The notes under the pieces were generated by a model. It did no database searches. It was not told where the DNA came from and saw nothing but the letters and a program-made list of their open reading frames with translations. A DNA stretch of 64,000 nt from Octopus bimaculoides (lineage: Eukaryota). This document shows positions 12,588 to 26,070 of the stretch, piece after piece; within the stretch, counting starts at the first letter, position 1; each line of letters opens with the position of its first letter. The stretch lies in NCBI RefSeq assembly GCF_001194135.2, contig NC_068981.1, forward strand, positions 124,818,137-124,882,136. The letters are read 5' to 3'. The position numbers and the translations under genes are program-made.

Positions 12588-13016
12588 CCCCTTAGCATTC
12601 AGGTCACCCTGTCAAATGTAATGCTTATTAGTTCATATTGCTTTGAATTAATCATTCATCATCTTATAGCTCTGAGATTTCAATGATGTGATTGTTTACT
12701 TTTAGAATGACATTGTATGGTATGTGTAAGAGGTTGGATCTGGCCAGTTTGAAAATAAAGCTAGTAGAATATTTTAGCCAGATGTGGCCAGTTTAACCCT
12801 TTAGCAATCAGATTATTCTGTCAAATGTGCAGCTTATTAATTCACGTTGTTTTTAGTTAATCATACATTACTTTGTAGCTCTGAGACTTTGATGATGTGA
12901 CTGTTTAATTTTAGAATGACAGTGTTGGGTAGGTGTGACATACCAGATCTGGCCAGTTTGACCATTAAGCTGGTAGACTATTGTAGCTGGATATGGCCAG
13001 TTTAAATGCTATAGGG
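12588..13016. mobile_element. Two head-to-tail copies of the piggyBac-type MITE (12588-12796 and 12797-13016)
   Basis: TTAA|CCCCTTAGCATT...ggccagt-TTAA|CCCTTTAGCAAT...aatgctataGGG|TTAA. Confidence 0.8.
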
Positions 13017-13964
13017 TTAAACACAAAGCCAGCAGTTTTGATGGAGAGAATTAGTTGATTACATTGATCCCAGTTCTTGACTGGTATTTTATTTTATCAA
13101 CCCAACAAGGATAAAAATGCAAAGCTGAGCTCAGCAGGATTTGAACTCTGAACATGGAGATGTGGAAGAAATCAAACAAAACATTTTTCCTGACACTCTA
13201 ATGATTCTGCCAATCCAAATGAAAGATATTCTTTTACTGGATTCAGTCACCAAACAGTAACCATGCTTCAACACTACTCTTTTTCTTCCTTTTTTTTCTT
13301 TTTCTTGTACAATGACACTGAATTTAGCAGACCCACCCAAAACTAGTGGGATTAACATTTCCCAGAAAAACTTTGGTGGGCAAGAAACAGTGGAGTGGTG
13401 GTGGTGGTGGGGGGGTTAGATCTAAATGGATGCAACAACAAATGAGAATCAGTGAAAATATAATCCCTGAATGTATGGCAAACTGTTAAATACTTCCCTT
13501 AAACTTAAAACCTTGTGAACAACTGTTCCCACAAGTGGTACTAATACAAAAATGAGAGATCAGGGCAGAGATGGCTGTTCACAAGTGCAAGCCCCATAAA
13601 TCTGAGTGGCTGTTCCAGCAGATCTTCTTTGCCATCCTGCAGGATAACAGCTTTTCCATTTTGTCTGCTGAGGCTACAAGACAGTCTGACTTAGAGGAAT
13701 TTGTATATTCCACCCCATAATGTAAAGTTCCTCTCATATATTTTATGGTAACTATTGTTGTAGGCAACAATATATTTTTTTAAGAAACTAGCAATCTTGA
13801 GTTATACAGAGATATACATCAGTAAACAAAATCAAGGGATTCAAAACTAAAAATACTTATCCCAATGAATACATTGCCACCAACAATATGTATATAATGT
13901 TTTATTTATTTAAGTGAGCTTTATCGCAATTGTCATGCTGCTGTTTTTGTATTTTTATGCGCTG

Positions 13965-14067
13965 ATGCATGCACACACACACACACACACACACACATGC
14001 ATGCATGCACACATACATTACATTTGCATGAGTGTACATGCACATGGGTGAATGTGAGTGTGTGTGA

Positions 14068-14129
<62 letters not shown>

Positions 14130-14133
14130 GTAT

Positions 14134-14178
<45 letters not shown>
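13965..14178. repeat. Compound microsatellite: (CA)n ... (TG)n(TA)n(TGTA)n(CA)n
   Basis: Read directly. It explains ORFs 13902-14252. Confidence 0.95.
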
Positions 14179-14180
<2 letters not shown>

Positions 14181-14451
14181 GTGTACATGAAAAATAAACA
14201 AGTCTATTTAAATAATCAGCTAGAGAACATGTCTCAGCATGCCAGGCAGTAGTTTACCAACAGTAAAGGGAAGTCAAGGAAAGTACATCACAGTCAATGC
14301 TAATACAGAGTTAGGCATTTTTCTACAGAATTACATGACAACACCCATGATATATTGCAGATTGCAGATGAATGCCCTATATGATTTTGAATTCTATTCC
14401 AGCCAAAAAAGCTTTTTTTATAAATCATTTTTAAAATGTTACTAAATAGGT

Positions 14452-14760
14452 GCCAGCATGGCTGTGTGGTAAGAAACTTGCTTCATAACTATGTGATCTT
14501 GAGTTCAGTCCCCAATGCACAGCAACTTAGGCAAGTATCTTCCACTATAGCCCCAGGTCAACCAATGTCTTGTGAATGGATTTGGCAGACAGAAACTGAA
14601 AGAAGCCTGTTATGTATATATGAGTATGGAGGCAGTGTATTTGTTTGTCCTCCACCACTGCTTGACAACCAGTTGGTTTGTTTACATCTCCATAACTTTG
14701 CAGTTCACCAAAAAGAGACTCATCAAATAAGTACCTGGCTTAAGAGTAGGTACTAAACCC
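14452..14760 (+). mobile_element. SINE family A copy
   Basis: catggctgtgtggtaagaaacttgc...gagttcagtccc...gcagacagaaactgaaagaagcc...ataagtacc. Confidence 0.75.
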
Positions 14761-16029
14761 TTCATGGCTGCATTCCAAAGAGTGAAAGAAGCAAAAGATA
14801 TATATGCAAAACCATCTGACCCATTCCATTATAAGGAGTAGAGTTTAAGTTACCTTTATCTAAGCAGACTGAAGGCAAGCCAACTGCTAAAGATGTCATA
14901 CAATGATTGTGACAAAGTTTGAAATTGTAACTATGTAGCCAATATCCCAGCACAACAATCTCAGAATCACCAAGCCTCATATAACAAATATATAATTAAA
15001 AACCATGTATGATCTGGCACTCAGTTGTACTTAGTTGTTAACCTTACAATCAAAGAAGCAATAATTATCATCTGATTAATTAGTAATCTTCATATGTTAC
15101 TGTCACAAGAAGAATAATTGCCTAATAAATATTATCACTATTTTCTTAATCTGGATTATATTTTGGGAAATTTGGATGGAATTGTTAGAGATCACATTAG
15201 CTTATGTTGAAATCCTACATCATTATGGTCAATATATATATTCTTAAAAAAAGAGACCATGGGATTGCACCTAGAAATTTTCCCTCCGAAGCATGGTTGA
15301 TTATGGAAGACCAGCAGACTCCCATGTATACCAGCCTGCCCTCTCAACACCACCGATGTTAGCCAAGAGAAAAGTAAAAGCCAATACAGCTTGGTACTAG
15401 TGATGTTGCAAGTTATTTCTACAGCAGAGTGAACTAGAGCAATGTGAAATAAAGGGTCTTGCTCAAGAGCCCAGTCCAGGAACCGAACTCATGATTGTGC
15501 ACCGACACTCTAACCACTGAGCCATGCCCCTTCAATATATATTCTATTGTGGTAATTACTATCTGTAAAACCAATATTAAGTAGTATGTGTCAAAAATTC
15601 CATTTAAAGAAATGCACTTACACCAAAAGGTTTGACTGACATTGAAATGCAAAGTTATCCCCCAGCCCTTTTTTTTTTTTTTGAAAAAAATTTAGTAATG
15701 TTTTAGGGTAAAAATATTCACTAGAATTGAGGGTGACTTCATAGCTTATACCATGGGTTCATTAACTGTTTTAGGTGACTGATTATGTAGTGACAAGCAG
15801 ATAGAGATACTCTCTTAACGCTCCATCTCTAGGGTGTGATAGCTGAAAGAAGAGAAGGCTGAGTGGACCAAAAATATGAAAGGAAGTGCCTTGTTCAAAG
15901 ACACAACATGCCACCCAGTCCATGATTCAAAACCACAACTTTAGTATTAAGAACCCAATATCCCTAACTGCCAGTTCACCTACTTTCAAAGAAAAAAGAA
16001 TACAAATTGATATTGAAAAATGTCCTTAA

Positions 16030-16640
16030 AATGGTAAGCTGACAGAATCATTAAAACACCAGGCAAAATGCTCTTAGCAGCATTTTGTCCATCTTTATGC
16101 TCCAAGTTCAAATTCCACTGGGGTAGACTTTACCTTTCATCCTTTCGGGGTCAATAAAATAAGTACCGGTTGAGTACTGGAGTTGATTTAATCAACTTAA
16201 CCCCTCCCCAAAAAATCTGCTGGCCTTGTGCCAAAATTTGAAACCAATACTGAAACATGTTCACACCCTTTTGTTTTCATATTTCTGGTAAAGTACAGTC
16301 TTTGATTCAAACAATTTTGAAAATAATAATTCAGTAAAATAACTGTCATTATTAAGCTGCTGTTTGGAACTGATATGAAATCTTAATGGAACCAGGGGAA
16401 GTCTCAAGCAGGTTACTATTAAAAGGATTAATAAGGCAGCAGGCTGACAGAATTGTTAGCACACTGGGTGAAATGCTTAACAGGATTTCATCTGTCGCTA
16501 CTTTCTGAATTCAAATTCCACTGACATCAACTTTGCCTCTTTTGGGGTTGATAAATTAAGTACCAGTGAAACACTGGGGTTGATGTAATCGACTAGTCCC
16601 CTCCCCACAAATTTCAGGCCTTGTGCCTATAGTAAAAAAG
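16030..16640 (+). mobile_element. Two SINE family B copies (about 16030-16250 and 16430-16640)
   Basis: Both show the aagctgacagaat...ttcaaattccactg...ggggtcaataaaataagtacc...gccttgtgcc pattern. Confidence 0.75.
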
Positions 16641-17699
16641 GATTATTAAAAGGATTAATTGTAATTTGTAAATGATAAGAAATGCAGTAAGCCTATCATT
16701 TGTTAATGCCTGCATTTTACATATTGGATGTGAATGTGACTGTGGAACAGTTCCTTCTACATCTACCAACAGCAAGATTAACATTCATATAGCAGGGACA
16801 GCAAAGAAAAGTTCATAATTGTTTGCAGTTTCACTGCAAGAACTCTTATTTACCAGAAGCTAATAAAAGTCAGCCTTGCCAGAAAAGAGCAACTAACTTT
16901 ATTCGAGAATATAATTGATCATTTGTCAATGACATCATTATTAGTGATGGAAGTGTTGACAGTAGAATAAAAAAAAGAAAAGAAAAGAAAACTAACAAAT
17001 AACTCATATCTAATATTTTTCCCTGCAAATGTTCTATCTGAACATGAACTATAGCAATAACACTATTAAAAGAGACACTAAAGGGCATGGGCATAGTTTC
17101 TTATCCTTATCTTCCACAAACTAATATTTTTATTTATTCATTTATTTTTAATCATTTTCCTCATTTCAAAATAACCTACATCTCTTTAAGACACTGCATC
17201 AGTTGATGCAATGTTGGCTTTTTTTTTTTTTTTTTATTACATGCATTCGTGATCCTTAATAAAAGCTTTGGATTTGTCAAGCTGAACTCAAGTCCATCGC
17301 TTTATGTAATCAACCCAGATCACCATACCCTTCGCATTCTCCATTTACTTATTCTTGGTAAATATGTCATTCAAGGTCGTTACTCTGGGCCTGTCAGCCT
17401 TGGGTTATGCTTGTATTTGACAATAGATCAAATGTTTACCAAAACAGAGTATGACGTTTCATCGCTTTGATATGTGACATATTTAAGTTACATATTTAGA
17501 ATCACAGGTAGCATTTCAATTCAGTAACTCTCAGACTTTTATGTCAGTACATGCTCTGACATACATTATGAAATATGGATGGTATTAAGGGTCAACAGGG
17601 ATTTGATTCCATTAATAAAACTCATTCTATTTGTTGTCTTTCCATATCATTTCCAAGCGATGTACCTTCAATACATTACTATTTTGTTGAAGTTAGGGC

Positions 17700-18060
17700 A
17701 TCATCATTTAATGTCCAATGTCCATTCTGGCATGGGTTGGACGGTCTGATCAGGCTGGCATGCTGGAAGGCTGCACCAGACTCCTGTCTGATTTGGCATG
17801 GTTTTCTACAGTTGGATGCCCTTCCTAACACCAACCACTCCAATAGTGTAATGGGTGCTTTTAAATGCGACTGTCATGGGTACCATTTGCGTGACACCGG
17901 GGTGCTTTTACGTTCCACTGACATGGGTGCTAATTTGCATGACACCAGTATCTGTCACGACTGTGATTTTGCTCAGCTTGATGAGTCTTCCCAAGCACGA
18001 CATAATGCCAAAGGTCTCAGACATTGCTTCCATGAGGCCCAAAGCTTGAAAGGATCTCAG
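17700..18060 (-). mobile_element. RTE-type 3' end fragment; explains ORF 17575-18075
   Basis: catcatcatttaatgtcc...catgggttggacgg...ggatgcccttcctaacaccaaccactcc, colinear with the 58255-58862 copy. Confidence 0.7.
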
Positions 18061-18899
18061 GACATCCTAATATAATGTGGTGTATTGTTTCAGAAAATAA
18101 GCCACAAAGGAGACATTTGTCATCTATTTGTACAAGATATAGATATTCCTTTCAATAAATTCAGCAGTGAGGGCCTGTTCATGTATTCAGCATGCCGTTA
18201 TGTTCTCCATTCAAGCCAAATTTCTTTATCTAGATGATGGATGGATGGATGCATATATGGGTGAGTGAATGGATGCATGTGTGCATGCATGCATAAATGA
18301 ATGAATGAATGCATACATTCATATATACATGCATGCATGCATGCGGAACAAAATAACAAAATAAGAGAAATAACTCAGAGTGACCAGAAGCATGTATTTG
18401 AATAGACAAATAGAGGTACATCAAATACCATACAACATAAATTTTTGGTTTATTAAAATCATCTCTGCCTCTAGAGAAAATGTCATAATTATCAAATAGC
18501 AATTAAGACCAGCCACATATCAGGAGGGGAGATAATCTCAAGAATCACAAATTTTCCCAAGTTGGTGTGATTGAGGAAAAGGGCTTATTGTCTGGAGATA
18601 AGAGGACAGTTGTGAACACATTTCTACCTCAGTCGATGTCATCAGAAAGACATTTGTCATTGTAGTGGTGGTGGTGGTGGTCCAAAATGTCAAAACACTG
18701 ACTGACCTTAGCTTTTTCATTGTTCACCAAAGATGAGTTATGTGCCATCGGGATGTCTGCTTTTGTTACTGCTTTAAGGCTTACTCTAATCCAATTCCTT
18801 CTAAGCATTTTGTTACTGCACACTTAGCAACAAGTTCACATAGCAGGTCTTTTTGTAAGTTGGAAATATGGAGGGGGCAACATTAAATAATTACCTTAA

Positions 18900-19120
18900 C
18901 CCTTTAATGTTCGCATTATTCTGTCAAAATTAATGCTTTTTCATCTACATTGTTTTGAACTAATCATACATTATCTTATAGCTATGAGATTTTGATGAGG
19001 TAGCTGTTAATTTTTAAAAGAATATTGTAGGGTTGGTGTGAGAGACCAGATCTGGCCAGTTTGAACATGAAACAGGCAGAATACTTTTGGCCGGATATGG
19101 CCGGTTTAAATGCTGAAGGG
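18900..19120. mobile_element. piggyBac-type MITE (221 bp) with TTAA target-site duplication
   Basis: TTAA|CCCTTTAATGTT...AATGCTGAAGGG|TTAA. CCCTT-type termini with TTAA on both sides are a piggyBac hallmark. Confidence 0.8.
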
Positions 19121-20491
19121 TTAATGCATTGCTTACTGACAAGTAGGTATCTAGTAATGTATCTAGTCCAGTGTCACAGAGCTGAGTTATGGTTGGCATT
19201 GCAAATACATTCATGTAGGATTCAAGATTAGCTTGTTTTATGGCCCAACTTAAAGGTAAAATATCACAGGGTGAAATGAAGAACAGACTATCCCAGTAGA
19301 TATTCCTATAAGGCTAGAATCCAATTCAGTCTCACTGAAGCAAACTTCTTAATCACATGGTCATGGCTACATCAGAAGTAATTATTAAACAGTAGAACAC
19401 CAAATTAAATAAAACACCTTCCAACATTTAGTTTGTTGTTCTGCAATCTAAATTCAGACCTAAATCACTCTGCAATCTAGATTCAAACCTAAATGTTTTT
19501 CATGCCTTCTGGCTCAATAAAATAAGTAACAATCAAATATAAGACTTAATTCTTTTCTTGTAAATTTATGGCTTTCAGCCAAAGATATTATTATTATAAT
19601 TATTACTGGCAAATATAGTGGTTTACTGGACAATGTCTTAGAGTAGTTGTTTACTAACCCACTGAGCTTTGAATTATATCTTCCCAGAATCAATAAAATA
19701 ATAGGTTGATTTCTTTAACAAAACTGGTGTTCATATATCAAAAGAAACCACTTTGAAGTGATGTGGGCAACTGCTAAGTCTATGATTCAGATTCAATAGT
19801 TTATTAATTTTACTTAGGTCAATGGATTTGCAGAAACAGTACTGTACCAAGCAAAATATATAGTTAGTATTTAGTTACAACTAATTACATTCTGAGTTCA
19901 AATGTTGCCTTTTAACCCTCAGGGGTAGAAGAGAAATACCAGTCAATTTACTGGGATCAACAATATAGCTGAAAGAAAATAACTCTGGGGTGTTCTGAAT
20001 ACTAAATACATATGAAACTAATAGAACACACAGGAAATTTTCAGTTAACTGAGATTTTCAAATTAAATATTTTGTTTTAAACTAAAAAACAGGGGAGCTA
20101 AGTACAATAAGATCAGCTGATCAAAAGTTTTGAAAAATATAGACAATGCAGAATGGATATAATTGACTATGCCCTTCCTACTAAATTTACATACAAGTGA
20201 GTATGTTAAAAATCAATGGGAATCAACATTTGTTTTTGGTTGGTTTTTCTTTTTTTCTTTCTTTCTTTTTTTAGTATTTGGGGTTTTTTGTTTGTTTTTG
20301 TTTTTTTGGTTTATTTTCTCCAATGCTCCAATAAGAAGGTGCCTTACTTGTAGCCTGCATTTTTCTGTAGGTGCTACATTCAAAAAATTATTATTATTAC
20401 TGACAGCAGCATTAGTGGCAGATGAAATGTCATGCTGTATTTATTCCAGCACCTTGTGTTCTTGATTCAGATTCCACAGTAGGTGTGTGGG

Positions 20492-20522
<31 letters not shown>

Positions 20523-21560
20523 TATGACAAGCTTCTTTCAGTTTCCATCTACCAAATCCACTCATAAGTTTTTGGTCAGTTCGAGACTATAGAAGACATT
20601 TGCCCAAGGTGCTACACAGTGTAACTGGACCCCAAACCATGTTGTTTGGAAGCAAACTTCTTACCACACAGCCATGCCTTGTTTTATTTGTTTTTTTTTT
20701 CTCACCTTTCCATCCATAAGGCTGTTGTAAAAGATATGTGCTCAATGCGCCACACAATGGAATTAAACCTGAAACTGTATAGTACCAAAGCATTACTTCT
20801 TAGCAACAGTTGTGTTTGTTTCACTGGATGGTTCATGTTCATCTTCAACAATTGCAACAAAATGACTGCAGGGGAAACACAAGGCGGAGAAATTTCAGAA
20901 GGGGTGATACTTTATGGGGAAAAAGATTGGAAGAAAAAGCTGATATAGGCTAACGGGAGGTGAATTTAAGCTATAGCTGAAGAGAACAAAGGAAAGGTGT
21001 TTTGGGCAGGTTTGGCTGAAGGAGGTATGCAACCACCAAGCACCAAGAAGCAGTAGCTACTGTAGTAGTGGTAGAAAAACAAATGTGAAGAGTTAGCGCA
21101 TCTCTGAGCAAGAAATTAAGATGTATTGGTCAATGATTCCATGTCAATCAGATATGTGGCTTTCTTTTGAAAGTAGCCTTAGATGTTTGTATGGGTAGTA
21201 GTAACAGCTTTATCCTCAACACCAGGTGTATGGGAGCTATTTTCTAGAGCGTGACTCACTTGAGCTTTGTAAAATGTCAGTAATTGTTCAAAACTGAAGC
21301 ATTTTCTGTTCCTAAAGAGGAGAAATAGTCTTTGGGGTACAGCTTTGCTAAAGGGGCATACCCACCAATTATATTCCACACTCATAAAAAACAAAACAAA
21401 AAAAAAAAGAAACACCCTTTGCACTCAAAATTATTTTGGTTTGATCCTACTTTGCAACATTACTTTCGCAGTGAATCAATTCAATGATTTGGTTTTGTAT
21501 CAATTTTTTAATTAGAATTTGAATCACTTTTCTTTTGTTTTTCCTTTTTACCATATATAT

Positions 21561-22112
21561 NNNNNNNNNNNNNNNNNNNNNNNNNNNNNNNNNNNNNNNN
21601 NNNNNNNNNNNNNNNNNNNNNNNNNNNNNNNNNNNNNNNNNNNNNNNNNNNNNNNNNNNNNNNNNNNNNNNNNNNNNNNNNNNNNNNNNNNNNNNNNNNN
21701 NNNNNNNNNNNNNNNNNNNNNNNNNNNNNNNNNNNNNNNNNNNNNNNNNNNNNNNNNNNNNNNNNNNNNNNNNNNNNNNNNNNNNNNNNNNNNNNNNNNN
21801 NNNNNNNNNNNNNNNNNNNNNNNNNNNNNNNNNNNNNNNNNNNNNNNNNNNNNNNNNNNNNNNNNNNNNNNNNNNNNNNNNNNNNNNNNNNNNNNNNNNN
21901 NNNNNNNNNNNNNNNNNNNNNNNNNNNNNNNNNNNNNNNNNNNNNNNNNNNNNNNNNNNNNNNNNNNNNNNNNNNNNNNNNNNNNNNNNNNNNNNNNNNN
22001 NNNNNNNNNNNNNNNNNNNNNNNNNNNNNNNNNNNNNNNNNNNNNNNNNNNNNNNNNNNNNNNNNNNNNNNNNNNNNNNNNNNNNNNNNNNNNNNNNNNN
22101 NNNNNNNNNNNN
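21561..22112. other. Assembly gap; other gaps at 23321-23330, 26091-26190, 45572-45647, 51887-52436 and 53324-53333
   Basis: Runs of N. The long X-containing ORFs are artefacts of these gaps. Confidence 0.99.
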
Positions 22113-23277
22113 TTCTAATTCCCCTTGTACTCCCATACGTCCAAGAATAGACTTTTTTTGTTTTTGTTAACTAAGACAACTAGAATAAGCTTCAGCTCCG
22201 AAAAAATAATAATCTCTATTGAGTGTACTGAGTACTTTTTTTTCAATTCTTTTTTTTTTTTTTTCTCCTTTAATTAGGATAAATATCTCAATGATCTTAA
22301 GTTTGCTAGTATTGAGGTCAAAAAATATCCAGCTTTGCAATTTAGCCATAATACTATCTGAAAATAATTGTTATGAATGAAATACTTATGTCGTCATCAT
22401 ATTAGAGTACACTTGGAATATACAACTACAATACAAAACCTTGTATTATGTGTTCTTTCACCAGCCCCCAGATAAACAAAAAGCTAACCCAGTCTCAGTG
22501 GTAGCTGAAGTCTGGAACATGGAGCACTACAGTAGTTATACCAATAAGATAGGGTTCTTTAGTCAACCAATTCCACCACTACAATTTAGCAACAAGTTAT
22601 ATTTTTGAATTGATACAAGTAAAGGTTTTTGAATACTCCAAGAGGAATTAAGAAATCTCAACATTTAGCTCCAGTTTAATGGCATTAAGTCAGCCAGATA
22701 TTTATATAAATCACCCTAAAATGGGCTACAGTCTATAGTGGTTAATAAACCCAGAAGGTTTGATATAAATTGTTGATAGATGAATTTAAATATAAAATGT
22801 AAACATGTCTATAAATATATATATAATTCTATTTCAATTCTAGCATGGGTGGGGTACATTTTTGCAACTTAAGTTGTTTACAAATTGTTGGAATAAGTAT
22901 TTTTACAACTGGTTGTCCTTATTATTTAATAATATAATGTACTATAGGGTATACATCTACAGTATCTACAAGTCTTAGTTACAGTGTGTGTGTGTGTGTA
23001 CATGCGTGTAATCGAACACATCAGGCAGATGTAAACAAATACCTACACAATCACCAAACAGGCAGAAAAAGGCCATCAATCTGAACCGTTTTGGTGGCAC
23101 TTGGGACAGTTCTTCAGAGAAGGTGACAGTTGTCTTCTGTTGACAAAGAAATCGTATATAGTCCCTGTTATAAAGGACTTTACTCAAATAGCGCTTAGCT
23201 GACAGCTAATTAATCATTAAAGCACTAAGCAGAAGGTTTTTAGACAATACAAATATACTACCACATATAGCTATATT

Positions 23278-23320
<43 letters not shown>

Positions 23321-23330
23321 NNNNNNNNNN

Positions 23331-23374
<44 letters not shown>
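23278..23374. repeat. (TAG)n microsatellite with internal 10-N gap, about 390 bp downstream of the kinase exon
   Basis: Read directly. Confidence 0.95.
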
Positions 23375-23375
<1 letters not shown>

Positions 23376-23763
23376 CAAGTCTTAGCCAATACTCTCCACC
23401 CCCATGATCTCTCCCTCTCTCTCTCTGTCATTGAACACACCAGGCAAAATGTAAACAAATCTCTACTTAACCATAAATATTTATGATAAGTTGCAGGCTG
23501 AATAAAGAGCTTAGGAATAATAAAATAACTGCATAACATTTGAACTCGGCACTTAATGGGCAATGGGTTAGTGGGCCAGCTCCTTGGCCTCACACACACT
23601 GTGACCCAACTGCTATTTTTCAAACATAACTAGTGAAGTCATGTTCTCATTCAGAGGAACATTACTTTTTAATGTGTATAGGCTTGTGTTTGCAGGGTCT
23701 TTTGTTTGTTTGTTTTTTTCTTGACAGAAAAATCAAGTTTTTACAATAAAGAAATACACATAC

Positions 23764-23876
23764 CAGCAATTCTTCTAAAGATGTATTGCATTTTTCTAAA
23801 TTGATACGTTTGATGGCAATCTTTTCGTTCCTAGGGCGGCAATACGCAGCTTGCACCACTGCAGTAGCTCCTGCAC
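23764..23876 (-). CDS. OXSR1: Internal coding exon of an OSR1/SPAK-family Ste20 Ser/Thr kinase (Gly-rich loop, AIK lysine, start of alphaC); equivalent to vertebrate OXSR1 exon 2
   Basis: Minus strand reads ttcttttcag|GT GCA GGA GCT ... GAA TTG CTG|gtatgt, giving (G)[37 protein letters not shown]. The exon is 113 nt, phase 1 to phase 0. It closely matches my recollection of human OSR1 [38 protein letters not shown]. An invertebrate gene would likely be co-orthologous to OXSR1 and STK39. Confidence 0.95.
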
Positions 23877-24944
23877 CTGAAAGAATTGAACAAGAAGAGA
23901 AAACAAAGTTAAATGTAGAATGAGAGTTGACCTTGAAAAGTTATTTAAGGAAAGGTAAAAAAAAGAAAAAATCATTTTCATCTAATTGTGAGAAGTTCCC
24001 ATACTTAATGGCAGTTATGACATTGTATGGAACCGACTGAAATTTTTAACAATTTGTATCTCATCACTTAACTCTCATTGGCTAAGACAGCTGGACTATA
24101 TATCAATACTAAAAACAAACCACTATATCACTACTGCACTTACTTATCACTCTATCTCTCTCTTTCTTATGTCGTTATCTTCATTACCATCATTAAATGC
24201 TAACTTTTCCAATGCTTGCATGGGTTAGAGAAAGTTTATTCGAGTCAGATTTTCTATGACCAAATGCCCTTCCTTTTTGCCAACGCTCACCTCTTTCCAA
24301 GCAAGGTAATATTTCCCCATGGCCAGACATGTTTTCACAGAATATTGGAAATGAATAACACAGCTTGTATGACAGTGGCCTTCATTTGCAACTATCATGA
24401 GACACATATACACACCAGGCTTCTTTCAGTTTCAGTTTCCATCTACCAAATCTGCTTGCAAGGCTTTGGCCAGCCCCAGGCTAGAGTAGAAGACACTTGC
24501 TCTCACACACACATAAATTACCATTTTTTCTTTAACAAAAGAAAATAATAAGTGGAGTAGAAAAGATCTGGCTTCAAATTATCTGAAACAATCTGTCAAA
24601 CTAAACACACAAATGACATTGAACACCTGGCAAAAGAAAATTGAAAAGGTGATTAAACAGAAAGACTTCTGATTGAGGGTCCTCTCAATCTGATTACCTG
24701 GTGCTAAAGTACATGCAGATACATGACCATTATTTGATGGTCTTATGCACTTGAGATCTCCTGAGGCTTAACTTGGATATTTTCCATGAAAGTTCAACTT
24801 TTCATGAGTTGGTCAGTACAATGTACACCTGAACTACCCTTCGCTTTTTTTCAAATAATTTGTAGTGTGTCACTTACATACACATATAATTTGTATTGTG
24901 TGTCACTTACATATACATACACACACAATTTGATTATCTAGTAA

Positions 24945-24986
<42 letters not shown>

Positions 24987-24987
<1 letters not shown>

Positions 24988-26070
24988 TAGCTTAAAAGCT
25001 GCCCTATCGGGTAGCTTTAAGTTAGCTCCTGTGGAGGGCTCTTCATTGGGCCTTGAGCCCAACAATGACACTTCATGCATTGAGTACATATTAAATTTTA
25101 TTAAACTTAACCAATAATTTTCAAGCAATGAACAATTTTCATCAGAACAATGATATAATTTGTCAACTTGGAACTTATTGCAAAGCTGCATGATCAACAA
25201 CATTTTTTGTCTTCCCATTTGGGGTCAGTACAAATAGCTTGTTTCCATTCCCTACACTTGAACAACCAATATATAGCTGGCCGCAGGCAAGAATAAACTT
25301 ACCTTTTTAAAGTTCAACGATAATTCTTTTGCCGCCACTTAATTTAAAGACAATCTGATGTACATAGAGCCTTACTTTTCGTACAAACAATTATTTGTAG
25401 TAGCTAGTATGTATCTAATCTCCTGTTTGTAGTTTGATGGAAAATTACACCACTGTTGGTAAACACTATTTTGAAGTACAATTTTTACAGTTGGGAATTG
25501 CTCTAAACATATTTAACCATAAAGATGATTGAAACTTAGTATTTTTTAACATAATAATAAAATTAGTCAATTCTATTTTCATGCAGTCAGAGTGCGCTAA
25601 GTTTCCATAGCTCTGACAGCCAGCGGCATGAAAATAGGTCCGACAGATTTTATTACCTGAAAAAATACTAAGTTCCTGACATTTTTATAGTAGAGAGTTA
25701 TGAGAGGTAATATTGTATGAGAGAGGGAGTTCAATACATATTTCAGTTCCGAACATTATGAAGCATGCGTTATGGTTAAATTACTTGATACAGTTATAAT
25801 ATTTAGAGAAAAGATTTCTTCAAAATGTTAATTTTGGAAATTACTTTTGGAAATAGTTATAATATTTAGAGAAATAATTTTTTCAAAATGTTAGTATTAA
25901 GAAAAAACCAAGAATGAAGAATAGTAGAAGTGTCATTGAATAGTGAGAGATGGGTAAAGCATGGGGAATAGTAGAAGTGTCACTGAATAGTGAGAGAGAG
26001 AGTCGGGGGAGTAAATCTGAAAAAGCGTGATACACTGACATTCGCTTTTGCATCTATTATTATCACATAT
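24987..26070 (-). mobile_element. Non-autonomous Helitron retaining the C-terminal tip of the Pif1-like helicase
   Basis: Minus strand about 25285-25174 reads CGQLYIGCSSVGNGNKLFVLTPNGKTKNVVDHAALQ*, resembling the Helitron HGQLYVxxSRV...KTxNVVY motif. The 3' end has hairpin ttaaagctaccc-gata-gggcagctttta followed by CTAG|T at 24987. The 5' end runs into (TA)n and a gap, so it is approximate. Confidence 0.85.

Noticed and set aside
21447-22170. Long ORFs here and at 51648-52808
   Set aside because: Artefacts of translating through N gaps.
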